A stretch of DNA of 63,558 nucleotides, filler included, from Actinomycetota bacterium (GTDB lineage: Bacteria > Actinomycetota > Acidimicrobiia > IMCC26256 > VFJJ01), in the NCBI GenBank assembly GCA_009886115.1. It is 6 parts of 6 records of this genome, joined end to end, with 100 filler letters (N's around TTAATTAATTAA, not from the genome) between each part and the next. Parts side by side here need not be neighbours in the genome. Positions count along the whole stretch, not along the records: positions 1 to 22,071 come from VFJJ01000175.1; 5 more parts are not named here. The stretch is one strand, 5' to 3'. The translations under genes and the position numbers were made by a program. The notes beneath the pieces are model-generated. The model ran no database searches. It was not told where the DNA came from and saw only the letters and a program-made list of their open reading frames with translations. This document shows, one piece after another, positions 9,349 through 18,746 of this stretch; the stretch's first letter is position 1, and each line of letters opens with the position of its first letter.

Positions 9349-11030
9349 CCACCCCGCTCAACCCCGACACCTTGTGGGATCTCATCGAGCGGCGAGCGGT
9401 GCTCACGCCCGACCGGGTCCTCGCGATCGACGAACGCGACCGCACCCTGAGCTTTCTCGAGCTCCGCGATCGCGCTGAACGTGTCGCTGCCGCGCTCGCC
9501 GTCGAGCACAGGGTCGGGGTGGGCACGCCCGTGGCCTGGCAGCTCCCGACGCGGCTCTCGTCGATGGTGCTCGTCGGGGCGCTGGCCCGGCTGGGCGCCG
9601 TTCAGGTTCCGATGCTGCCGATCTACCGCGAGCGCGAGGTGCGTTTCATCCTGGCTCAGGTGCGACCGGCGCTCGTCGTCGTGCCCAGCACCTGGCGCGG
9701 CTTCGGGTATCTGCAGCTCGCCGAACGGATCATCGACGATCTGGGCCTGCCGACCTCGGTGCTCGTGTGCGACGACGAGCTCCCCGAGGCCGAGGCCGAG
9801 GCCGAGCATGAGGCCGACCGGGCGACGGACCGCTGGATCGCCCGGGCCACCCACCAAGCCACCCACACCAACACCACGATCGAAGGCGCACGTCGCTCCG
9901 GCGATCCGGGAGCCAACGGCACCGATCCGGTCCGCTGGATCTTCTACTCCTCGGGAACCACCGGCGAGCCCAAGGGGGCACTGCACACCGACGGTTCGCT
10001 GTTCGCCGGATCGGCCGGCGTGGTCGACGCCTACCGGATCACCCAAGACGACCGGTATCCGATGGTCTTCCCGTTCACCCACGTGGGCGGGATCGGCATG
10101 TTGGTCATCCAGCTGCTCAGCGGGGCGAGCGCCGTGGCCGTCGAGCAGTTCGACCCCGAACACACACCGCCGCTCCTGGCCCGCCACGGCATCACGATCG
10201 CCGCCGGGGGAACACCCCTGGCCCTGGTGTGGCTCCAGCAGCAACGACGGCATCCAACGCAGCCGCTGTTCCCGCTGGTGCGGGCCGTGATGACCGGCGC
10301 GGCGCCGAAGCCGCCCGCCATGCACGCCGAGCTCAAGCGCGAGCTCGGTTGCTCCGGCGCCTTGTCGTGCTATGGGCTCACCGAGGTGCCCTTCCTCACC
10401 GTCAGCTCGGTCGACGATCGTGACGACGACCGGGCACTCACCGAGGGCCGCCCCATCGGCGGTGCCGAGGTGCGCATCGTGGGCCCCGACGAGCAGAGCT
10501 GTCCGACCGGGCGCGTCGGCGAGATCAGGGCTCGGGGCCCGCAGGTGTGCCGGGGATACCTCGACGGCAGTCGTGATGCCGAGGCGTTCGACGACGAGGG
10601 CTGGTTCCGCACCGGTGACCTCGGCCGTCTCGACGAGCGGGGCAACCTCGTCGTGACCGGACGGCTCAAGGAGATCATCATCCGCAAGGGCGAGAACATC
10701 TCGGCCAAGGAGATCGAGGACGTCCTCTACGACCATCCAGCCATCGCCGACGTCGCTGTGATCGGTCTCCCCGACCCCGCCCTCGGCGAGCTGTGCTGCG
10801 CAGTCGTGGTCCTGAGACGCCCCGGCAACGGACCTGCCGCCGAACGGACGGACGGCCCGGAGTCGGGCCCGATCACGCTCGCCGCCATCGCTGCGCACTG
10901 CCGCCGAGCCGGCCTGGCGAACCAGAAGGTCCCCGAGCGCGTGGAGATCGTCGATGAGTTGCCTCGCAATGCCAGCGGCAAGATCCTCAAGTACCAGTTG
11001 GTCGAGCGGTTCAGCGCCCCGGCGCGCTGA
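9345..11030 (+). CDS. AMP-dependent acyl-CoA synthetase (cyclohexanecarboxylate-CoA ligase-like)
   Basis: YSSGTTGEPKG, YGLTE, GWFRTGDLG, GRLKEIIIRKGENIS, LPRNASGKILK; ATGA overlap with the upstream gene. Confidence 0.92.
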   Translation: MTTPLNPDTLWDLIERRAVLTPDRVLAIDERDRTLSFLELRDRAERVAAALAVEHRVGVGTPVAWQLPTRLSSMVLVGALARLGAVQVPMLPIYREREVRFILAQVRPALVVVPSTWRGFGYLQLAERIIDDLGLPTSVLVCDDELPEAEAEAEHEADRATDRWIARATHQATHTNTTIEGARRSGDPGANGTDPVRWIFYSSGTTGEPKGALHTDGSLFAGSAGVVDAYRITQDDRYPMVFPFTHVGGIGMLVIQLLSGASAVAVEQFDPEHTPPLLARHGITIAAGGTPLALVWLQQQRRHPTQPLFPLVRAVMTGAAPKPPAMHAELKRELGCSGALSCYGLTEVPFLTVSSVDDRDDDRALTEGRPIGGAEVRIVGPDEQSCPTGRVGEIRARGPQVCRGYLDGSRDAEAFDDEGWFRTGDLGRLDERGNLVVTGRLKEIIIRKGENISAKEIEDVLYDHPAIADVAVIGLPDPALGELCCAVVVLRRPGNGPAAERTDGPESGPITLAAIAAHCRRAGLANQKVPERVEIVDELPRNASGKILKYQLVERFSAPAR

Positions 11031-12495
11031 CGGGGGAGCCGAGCACCTCGGCTGCGGCAGCCTCGACCACCGTCCCCGTGAAGAAATCGGGGTTCATCCC
11101 GCCGTGGAGCCGTACTGCATTGGCAAACGTGAAGTCGCGGAATCCATCGAGGTCGAGGAGCCCGTCACGCACGAGCTCGTGCGCCTTGACGACGACCTGC
11201 CGCATGTCGGGCACGTCGAAGTGGCCGATGTCGGAGCCCAGCATGGCCTTGAGCTTGACCCCGAACGGGTTGAGGCGGGCGTCGAGCGCCGCCGCGACCA
11301 TGCGGTCGTCACCTTCGCAGCCGTAGAAGAAGGGCTCGACGAAAAGATCGGGGATCTCGCTCTCGTGGGTGAGACCACAGGCCGACCAGTCGTCGAGCTC
11401 GTCGGGATGGTCCGACCACAGCGAGTCCTGCACGAGCTGATCACGAATGGCTTGCACCCGCTCGTGCCCGAAACCGTCGATGAGCTCAGCGAACCGGGCC
11501 GTGTCGAGCAACGCAGGGTCGAGATGACGGATCGCCTCGGCGTTGCGCTTCTCCCAGTGCTCGATCATGCGGCAGTAGAGGCTCTGGCCCCAGGTGACGC
11601 CGCCTTCGAGGAAACCCAGGCGCAAGGTGGGGAAGCGGCGGGTGACACCCCCGAAGAACAACGACTTCGCCAGCGCCTCGCCGCCCTCGGCGAAACCGCC
11701 GAGCTGGTTGTACTGATGCCGGCTCACCGACCGCCGGCTGCCCTGGCCGATCGGGCCGCTGTGGAAGGTCGGGGCCACGCCGAGCTCGACGCAGGCCTGC
11801 CAGACGGGGTCGTAGTCGTATGGACTGTCGATGCCGAAGCAGTCCTGGTACAGCGCGTGCGAGGCCATCTCGGGGTGGTCGCGAGCGACCGACGGCACGG
11901 GTCGCAACACGTCACCAGCGAACACGGCCGCCTTGAGCCCCAGCTCACCAACGGCGAAGCGCAGCTCGTCGACCGCTTCCTCGGGCGTGTGCATGGGGAT
12001 GACCGCCGCGGGTGTGAGCCGATCACCCAGGCCCGCGAACACCTCCCTGTAGTAGAGGTTGAAGGCACGAGCCGTCGCCCGGCGGAGCTCGTCGTCGGCC
12101 ATGCCCGGCAGGGTGAGCACGAGCAATCCCTGACCCGGGTACACGATCGAGAAGTCGAGCCCGATCTCGTCCATCCGGTCGTACAGGAGCCCGGGCAGCA
12201 CGGTCGTGGCCCGATCGATCGTGTTCTCGGTGGGGACGGGCCACCACACGGGGACCGGTGTACGGGTGTCGCGTCGTTCGGCAGCAGTCATGCGGAAGGC
12301 CCGGCGGGCGTGCATGAAGTAGGCGAGGAGCCGATCGGGCATCCCAGGGCCACCGACGTCGCGCACGAAGTCGAAGACCACCGACAGCACCTCGAGCTGG
12401 TGGGCGTCGACGTCGACGATGGGATGGCCGAGCCCGTCTCGCAGACGGCGCAGCTCATCGGACGGCCTTCGACGAGCGTCGGCGCCGATGCCCAT
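11011..12495 (-). CDS. Amidohydrolase (Amidohydro_2) family protein
   Basis: IVDVDAH, YDPVWQACVELG.APTFH, RFPTLRLGFLEGG, GSDIGHFD. Confidence 0.85.
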   Translation of the reverse strand: MGIGADARRRPSDELRRLRDGLGHPIVDVDAHQLEVLSVVFDFVRDVGGPGMPDRLLAYFMHARRAFRMTAAERRDTRTPVPVWWPVPTENTIDRATTVLPGLLYDRMDEIGLDFSIVYPGQGLLVLTLPGMADDELRRATARAFNLYYREVFAGLGDRLTPAAVIPMHTPEEAVDELRFAVGELGLKAAVFAGDVLRPVPSVARDHPEMASHALYQDCFGIDSPYDYDPVWQACVELGVAPTFHSGPIGQGSRRSVSRHQYNQLGGFAEGGEALAKSLFFGGVTRRFPTLRLGFLEGGVTWGQSLYCRMIEHWEKRNAEAIRHLDPALLDTARFAELIDGFGHERVQAIRDQLVQDSLWSDHPDELDDWSACGLTHESEIPDLFVEPFFYGCEGDDRMVAAALDARLNPFGVKLKAMLGSDIGHFDVPDMRQVVVKAHELVRDGLLDLDGFRDFTFANAVRLHGGMNPDFFTGTVVEAAAAEVLGSPVSAPGR

Positions 12496-12646
12496 GGCGA
12501 CCTCCCCATTCGCGTTCGATTGCGCTCCAGCAGTTGCTCGGGCACGGTAGACCCGTTGGAATGGTCCGGCAACGGCTGCGCGGCACGTGACGAGCGGCGG
12601 ATCGAGGCAGCGCGGTGGAGCGCCGCCGGGAGACCGAGGGGGTCCG

Positions 12647-13549
12647 ATGGGTACGTGCGACGGGAGGGTGGCGATCGTCACCGGTGGAGGCCGGGGACTC
12701 GGCCGTTCCCATGCGCTGGCCCTGGCCCGAGAGGGGTGCGCTGTCGTCGTCAACGACCTCGGCGGCTCGACCGACGGCACGGGCGGCTCGACGGTGCCCG
12801 CCGAGGACGTGGCCGCCGTGATCAGGGCCACGGGGGGCCAGGCCATCTCCAACGGTGACGACGTGGCCGACTGGGACGGCGCGGCCCGCATCGTCGGCTC
12901 GGCGATCGATGCGTTCGGACATCTCGACGTGGTCGTCAACAACGCGGGAATCCTGCGCGATCGGATGTTCGTCTCGGCCACGATCGACGAGTGGGACGCC
13001 GTGATCAGGGTCCACCTCCGGGGCCACTTCTGCGTCAGTCGCCACGCCGTGAACCACTGGCGCGACCGCGCCAAGGCCGGCGAAACGATCGCCGCCCGCA
13101 TCGTCAACACGAGCTCGGGCGCCGGGCTGATGGGCAGCGTCGGTCAGAGCGCCTACGGGGCGGCCAAGGCCGGCATCGCGGCCCTGACGATCGTCCAGGC
13201 CGTCGAGCTCGCCCGCTACGGGGTGACGGCCAACGCCCTGGCCCCCAGCGCCCGGACCCGCCTCACCGAGGGCGTGTTCAGCGACATGATGGCCCTCCCG
13301 GCCGACGGCTTCGACGCCATGGACCCCGACAACATCTCCCCCATCGTGGTGTGGTTGGCCGGGCTCGACTCGAGCGACGTGACCGGGAGGATGTTCGAGG
13401 TCGAGGGCGGGGCGCTGTCGATCTGCGACGGCTGGCAGCACGGAGCCCCCATCGACATCGGCCGACGCTGGGAAGTCGACGAGCTCGGACCTGCCGTCAG
13501 GAAGCTCATCAGCCAGGCCCCGGCACCGGCACCGGTCTACGGCGTGTGA
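12647..13549 (+). CDS. Short-chain dehydrogenase/reductase
   Basis: TGGGRGLG, VVNDLGG, NNAGILRD, NTSS, YGAAK. Confidence 0.92.
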   Translation: MGTCDGRVAIVTGGGRGLGRSHALALAREGCAVVVNDLGGSTDGTGGSTVPAEDVAAVIRATGGQAISNGDDVADWDGAARIVGSAIDAFGHLDVVVNNAGILRDRMFVSATIDEWDAVIRVHLRGHFCVSRHAVNHWRDRAKAGETIAARIVNTSSGAGLMGSVGQSAYGAAKAGIAALTIVQAVELARYGVTANALAPSARTRLTEGVFSDMMALPADGFDAMDPDNISPIVVWLAGLDSSDVTGRMFEVEGGALSICDGWQHGAPIDIGRRWEVDELGPAVRKLISQAPAPAPVYGV

Positions 13550-13599
13550 CAGGCGGAGCGACACGCACAGGCGGAGCGCCACGCACAGGCGGAGCGACA
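13549..13599. repeat. 18-bp tandem repeat x2.8 (ACAGGCGGAGCG(A/C)CACGC)
   Basis: Read directly after the SDR stop codon. Confidence 0.85.
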
Positions 13600-13641
13600 G
13601 GACGGGTGTGAGACCAGCCGAGCCAGGGGAGAGAACGTGAC

Positions 13642-14628
13642 GTGACCCCGAGGCGGCGCATCGTGCACCGGTTGCTCGTGACGGCGACCGCCGTCCTGGT
13701 CGGCTCGTCCGGACTCGCCGTGTTGGTGCCGCCGTCACCGGCCCGATCTGCGGACGCGCCGCTCCCGCCACCCACGGTCACCGGGGGCATGGGGGCGGTG
13801 ACCGAACGCGACGTCACCGTCGTCGGAGACTCGATCCTGCGCGGCGCCACCGAGAACATCCGCACGACCTTGCTCGGCAACGGGTGGGACCCGACGATCG
13901 CCACGTTCCCCGGTCTGCCCCTCGGTGTGGGCAAGGAGTTCCTCAGGGAGCGGCGCGAGGCGGGGTTGATCGCCAACGTCGTGGTGATCCACCTCGGCAA
14001 CAACCTGCCCGACGGGGTCGCCACGTTCGAGCGCGACCTCGACAAGACCATGGGGTATCTGGACGGAGTCCCGTTCGTGGTCTGGATGACCGTGCAGGCG
14101 TTCCAGCCGTCGCGCGTGCGTGTGAACGCCGTCCTGAGAGCCGCTGCCGACCGATACCCGTCGATCAGGATCATCGACTGGGCTGCCGAGGTGGCGGCGC
14201 ACCCCGGATGGTCCGGCGATACCAACCCCCATCTGTCGGGCTCCGGTCGGCTCGGGATGGCAGCGCTGATCGACGGCGAGCTGGCTCGGATCGTGGCGTC
14301 GGACGCGACCTGCCGGGCGTCGACCAACCCTCCACCAGCCGTGAGCCCGGCCCCCGCTGCTGGTTGGCTGCTCGACTCCACCGGACGGGTCCACCCCCTC
14401 GGCGGTGCCCCGCGCTCGGCGACCTGCGCACGGTCGGCGCGACCAGCGCACCTGGGGCCGTCACGGCGGTTCCCCGAGGCGACGGCTACTGGATCCTCGA
14501 CGCGTCCGGAGCGGTCTACAGCTTCGGGACGGCGCGATACGCCGGTGGCGTGAACGGGCTGCCGCTCGCCCCGACCGCGGGTCCAACCCTCAGCGCAGGG
14601 ACTCCCGGGCAGGCCCGACCCCACCGCA
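13642..14628 (+). pseudogene. Secreted SGNH/GDSL hydrolase with a frameshifted C-terminal GYWL-type repeat domain
   Basis: Signal peptide, VVGDS, HLGNN, DTNPH; after HPLGGAP (~14410) the repeat-like sequence continues in another frame as ALGDL...GDGYWILDASGAVYSFGTARYAG; true end uncertain. Confidence 0.65.
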
Positions 14629-15777
14629 TCAGAGCCGCATCTCGTAGTAGAGGTTCGTGGGGTTGTCGAAGTCGTGGACGAGGAACGTGGAGAACCCGGC
14701 GTCGGTGGCCATGCGCTGCGCCGTGCCCGGGTCGAAACCCAGCGTTCCCAGACCCATGCCATCGGGCTCCGAGAGGGCAGACGACATGCACGACAGCACC
14801 GAGGCCGCGTACATCATCCCGAGCATGGGGTTGCGTTCGAGGTTCTCCTCGAACGTCGGTGCGCTCTTGATGTCGGCGCACAACCAGATGCCATCGCCCT
14901 TGAGCGCCTTGTGGATCTGAGCGATGACGAGGTCGGGACGGGTCATGTCGTGGATGCAGTCGAAGGTCGTGACGAGGTCGAATCGACCATCGTCCGGCAT
15001 CTCCTCGCCCCGGATCAGGTGGAAGGTGAGGTTCGAGAGCGCCGTCGCGCCCAGGTTGGCCTCGGCCCGTTCGATGGCGTGCGCCGAGAGGTCGTAGCCG
15101 TGGAACTGCGAAGCGGGAAAGGCCGACGCCATCACGATGAGTGCCAGGCCGGCCCCGCAGCCCACGTCGGCGACCAGCGACCCGGCTTCCAACCGGGACA
15201 CCAGCCCGTCGATCGCAGGGAGCACCCGGGGCACCAGGGCGTGACGATGCCAGGGAGCCAGCATGCGCTCGACCTTGTGGGCGCACGACGGCCCATGATC
15301 GTCGTAGGTGAGCCCCCGCCCGGTCCGAAAGGCCTCGGGGAGCCGTTCGAGGACCCGGGCCTGCGCGGGGAGACCGATGAACCCGCCGGTGGCCGTGGCC
15401 AGGTTGTCGTCGTCGGCCAACACCCACTCCCCCACGGGAGGCAGGGCGAACCGTCCGGTTCCCGGTCCGTCGGCGCCGGGGAGGTACGTGAGGATCCGGG
15501 CTCCGGCCTGGCCTCGGAGCCATTCGAGCAGCCACCGCTCGCTGAGGCCGGTGCGGACGGCCAGCTCGCCCGCGTTCACCGGCTCGCCCCCCGACAGCGC
15601 CCGGTACAAGCCGAGCTCGTGGCCGAGGTGGATCATGCTGGCGATGTCGTAGCCGGCCCGGTATCCCCACACGAGCGCCACGTAGCTCTTGAGCTCCTCG
15701 GGATCGACCTCGGGAAGCGCCGGAAGCGCCGGAGTTCCCGGGCTGGCCATGGGGGACACGGCGGGCGGGGGGTTCAT
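14629..15777 (-). CDS. Class I SAM-dependent methyltransferase with N-terminal winged HTH (Rv2258c-like)
   Basis: GHELGLYRAL, TGLSERWLLEWL, VADVGCGAG, FDLVTTFDCIHDM; ATGA overlap with the upstream gene. Confidence 0.88.
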   Translation of the reverse strand: MNPPPAVSPMASPGTPALPALPEVDPEELKSYVALVWGYRAGYDIASMIHLGHELGLYRALSGGEPVNAGELAVRTGLSERWLLEWLRGQAGARILTYLPGADGPGTGRFALPPVGEWVLADDDNLATATGGFIGLPAQARVLERLPEAFRTGRGLTYDDHGPSCAHKVERMLAPWHRHALVPRVLPAIDGLVSRLEAGSLVADVGCGAGLALIVMASAFPASQFHGYDLSAHAIERAEANLGATALSNLTFHLIRGEEMPDDGRFDLVTTFDCIHDMTRPDLVIAQIHKALKGDGIWLCADIKSAPTFEENLERNPMLGMMYAASVLSCMSSALSEPDGMGLGTLGFDPGTAQRMATDAGFSTFLVHDFDNPTNLYYEMRL

Positions 15778-16583
15778 GCGGTCTCCTGGGTCGGGCACAG
15801 ATGCAGAGGCTCGAGCTCGTCGGCGAGGGTGTGGATCTCGGGGCCGAAGGTTCCTGTCACCAGCTCGTGGCGCAGCGAGAGCTCGGCCACGATCGCAGTC
15901 GCGACCGCTTCGTGCAACGAGAGGACCGACGACGTGCCCGATGCCGACGCACCCGACCCGACCTCGTCGGCGACACTGCCCACCGAGGAGGGTCGCCAGT
16001 CGAGGCCCAGCTCGGCGTACACCGGGACGAGCACGTCGCGAACACGGGCGCTGTCGTCGACGACGATCACGCCCCCGACGTGCGCGGCGCCCCGAACCAG
16101 GCGCTGCCCCACGCCCATGATCTTGGTCTCACCCCGGGCGTTGACCGACCATTCCCCGGGGCAGTACTCGCCCGACACCTCGCCGATCCGGGCGTCGATC
16201 CCCAAGCGTGACAAGGCATCGGCAACGATCTGGCTCATCTCGTCGAAACGCTGCCGTATCCCCGCCGGCGGGTCGGGACTGGGGATCGTCCACGCGAATG
16301 CGATCGTCTGCTCGTGGAAGACCGCCGCCCGTCCACCGGCGAGACGTTCAATGGCCCCGAACCCGGCGGACCGAGCCGCGGCGATCGCCCGGTGGTAGCC
16401 CGGAGCGATCCGGTCGTGCGGCCCGAACGCCACCACGGCCGTCGGACGGTGCAGGCGCAACGTCTCGGGCTCCTCCCCGGTCGCGACCCGACTGAGCAGA
16501 GCTCGGGTGACGGCCGTGTCGCGGGCCGGACGGTCGGCGAACGACTCGCGGTTGACCCGGACCGCCCGGCGTTCACTGCTCAC
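15774..16583 (-). CDS. Lipoate-protein ligase A / LipL-like family protein
   Basis: RLAGGRAAVFH, GEYCPGEWSVN, KIMGVGQR. Confidence 0.85.
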   Translation of the reverse strand: MSSERRAVRVNRESFADRPARDTAVTRALLSRVATGEEPETLRLHRPTAVVAFGPHDRIAPGYHRAIAAARSAGFGAIERLAGGRAAVFHEQTIAFAWTIPSPDPPAGIRQRFDEMSQIVADALSRLGIDARIGEVSGEYCPGEWSVNARGETKIMGVGQRLVRGAAHVGGVIVVDDSARVRDVLVPVYAELGLDWRPSSVGSVADEVGSGASASGTSSVLSLHEAVATAIVAELSLRHELVTGTFGPEIHTLADELEPLHLCPTQETA

Positions 16584-16587
16584 CAGC

Positions 16588-17415
16588 TCAGGCCCGACCC
16601 CAAAGGTCGAAGTCGGGACCGGCGATCGAACGCAGCTGTCGCAGGTCGTCGGCGAGCTCCGACCAGATCCAAGCCTCGGTTTCAGGGGTGAGGTCGAGTT
16701 CGCCCGGCCGATACGCGCGTCCGAAATGCCGGTTCACCTTGCTCTTGCGCGCACTGGAAAGCATTCGAGGCACAGGAGTCCGACGAACCATCGACCGCAG
16801 AACCCTGTACCAACTCGGGGGCGCGGTGCGGTGTTCGGACGTGTTGTGCTCGTGGTCGAGGTCGTCGGGCTGACGGCTCGGATCGACACCGAGGAACTCC
16901 AACACCCGTCCGAACTCTGCCGCGCGGTCGGTGCGAAGACGCTCGCTCGAGACCAGGAGGATCGAATCGCGTTCGTAGTACTCGAGATACAGCCCGAGCT
17001 GATGGGCATAGCTGCTCGTTTCCATGTACACGGGGTTCTCTCGAACGGCTCGGTCGAACGGGCGATCTTCCCGACCGCGCTCGACCAGCATCTGGTAGTG
17101 CGAGCGGATCCGATGTATCGGATTCCTGAGGACGTAGATCAGCTGTGCATTGGGAATGGTCTCAGCCATCCGGGGCGCACAGTTCGGGATCGACGGGTCG
17201 CGTGTGTATTGAGGACTCGCCTCGCCGATGCGTTGGCCCGGGGTCGCGCCATCGAAACTCGCCGCGTACCAGCTCGGGCCCTCGAAGTAGCGGAAGCTGA
17301 AGTAGTTCACTTCTTTCTGGGGGGCGATGAAGATGTCGGGATGGACACTCAGATAGCGGGCGAGTGCGGTTGTACCGGTTTTTCCGGCACCGATGATCAC
17401 AAAGTCGGGCAGCAT
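16588..17415 (-). CDS. PAPS-dependent sulfotransferase (HS3ST-like Sulfotransfer_1)
   Basis: LPDFVIIGAGKTGTTAL 5'-PSB loop, KEVNYF, GEASPQY, LRNPIHRIRSHY 3'-PB motif. Confidence 0.9.
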   Translation of the reverse strand: MLPDFVIIGAGKTGTTALARYLSVHPDIFIAPQKEVNYFSFRYFEGPSWYAASFDGATPGQRIGEASPQYTRDPSIPNCAPRMAETIPNAQLIYVLRNPIHRIRSHYQMLVERGREDRPFDRAVRENPVYMETSSYAHQLGLYLEYYERDSILLVSSERLRTDRAAEFGRVLEFLGVDPSRQPDDLDHEHNTSEHRTAPPSWYRVLRSMVRRTPVPRMLSSARKSKVNRHFGRAYRPGELDLTPETEAWIWSELADDLRQLRSIAGPDFDLWGRA

Positions 17416-17435
17416 CGTGCTCGTTGGCCTCATCT

Positions 17436-17471
17436 ATATCGGCTATATCGGCGGGATGGGATGCGTCTTGG
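17436..17471 (-). promoter_or_regulatory. Putative sigma28 (FliA/WhiG)-type promoter with duplicated -10
   Basis: Minus strand CCAA-N15-GCCGATAT followed immediately by a second GCCGATAT. Confidence 0.5.
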
Positions 17472-17695
17472 CGCACCCAGCGCGACGATCGATCGATCGG
17501 GTAGGGGTCCGGGTTGGCGCCCGTATCGAGGTACATCCCGGGTCAGGCTTCGTCTGGCGCATCGAATGGTAGCTTGGCCGTCCGGGGGCGAGGTCTCCGA
17601 CGACACGGACCGGAGCGGGGCACGAGTTCGCCGATCAGCATCCGGGACCGGGTCGGTGTCATGTCGCGTTCGCGCCAGCCAGTTGGGAGCCCTCG

Positions 17696-18502
17696 GTGGC
17701 AGACCTGCTCGACGAGCTGTCGTTGCTGGCCGTGTCGATCGCGGCAGAGGCCGCCCAGATCCACCGTGAGGGACTGGGCCGGATCCTCGAGTCATCAACG
17801 AAGTCGTCGAACACCGACGTGGTCACCGAGATCGACCGGCGCTGCGAGGCACTGATCGTCGACGGCGTTCTCCGGGCTCGCCCGTCGGACGGCTATCTGG
17901 GCGAGGAAGGGTCGGATCTCGCAGGCTCGAGCGGCGTGCGCTGGATCGTCGACCCGCTCGACGGAACCACGAACTACGTGTACGGATATCCGGCGTACGC
18001 GGTCTCGATCGGTGTCGAGGTCGACGGTCGCGTCGTCGTCGGTGTGGTGCACGACTCGACCCACGACGAGGTGTTCCTCGGGCTCGCCGACCGGGGCGCG
18101 TGGTGCAACGGCGTCACGATCGCCGTGTCGGGCAAGGAGGTCCTGGCGACGGCGCTGATCGCCACCGGCTTCGGCTACGACCCCACGATGCGGGCCGAGC
18201 AAGCGGCCGTCCTGCCGGCGCTGCTCCCGCGGGTACGCGACATCCGCCGGGGCGGGTCGTGTGCCATCGACCTGTGCTGGACGGCATGCGGGCGACTCGA
18301 CGGCTATTTCGAGCGAGGACCGGCCGAGTGGGACGTCGCAGCGGGAATGCTCATCGCCGCCGAGGCCGGCGCCCGCTGCCTTCGGACCGGCACCACAGCG
18401 AGCCCGGCCCGCGAACGGCTCACGATCGTCGCCAACCCGGCGATCTTCGACGATCTGCGGGCCCTCGTCGATCCCGCCGATCGATCACACTCGGGAGCCT
18501 GA
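17696..18502 (+). CDS. suhB: Inositol monophosphatase family protein
   Basis: DVVTEID, LGEEG, WIVDPLDGTTNY, RRGGS, WDVAAG. Confidence 0.9.
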   Translation: MADLLDELSLLAVSIAAEAAQIHREGLGRILESSTKSSNTDVVTEIDRRCEALIVDGVLRARPSDGYLGEEGSDLAGSSGVRWIVDPLDGTTNYVYGYPAYAVSIGVEVDGRVVVGVVHDSTHDEVFLGLADRGAWCNGVTIAVSGKEVLATALIATGFGYDPTMRAEQAAVLPALLPRVRDIRRGGSCAIDLCWTACGRLDGYFERGPAEWDVAAGMLIAAEAGARCLRTGTTASPARERLTIVANPAIFDDLRALVDPADRSHSGA

Positions 18503-18746
18503 ACCGACACCAGCGCGCCGGCCCAACGTGATCGAGTTCACTGGCGGAGCACCGCGATCGGTTTCATTCTCATCGGGATGGGTGTGGCGACGACCAGCGA
18601 CACGGGGATCGACGTCGTTGCGGGGAACTGGAGGAACGCTGCGGCCGACGGGCGGACCCGGTGACGGTCGAAGCCCAGGAGCAGACCGGGTTCACCGGTG
18701 TCGGGTCTCTGATTTCGTCGAGGGTGAAACCTCGTACAGTTCGAAC

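Noticed and set aside
8112..11030. Apparent very long ORFs or fusions (972 aa here; also 1226-3130, 41520-43313, 59340-61529)
   Set aside because: Open upstream frames overlapping neighbouring genes; real starts are internal, with RBS or ATGA coupling
13549..13599. Short direct-repeat arrays (also 57181-57261, 58610-58661) as possible CRISPR arrays
   Set aside because: Units are head-to-tail with no unique spacers, are too short, and no cas genes are present
15774..16583. LplA-like gene as part of the PDH cluster
   Set aside because: It lies on a different contig, so the proximity is an artefact of concatenation
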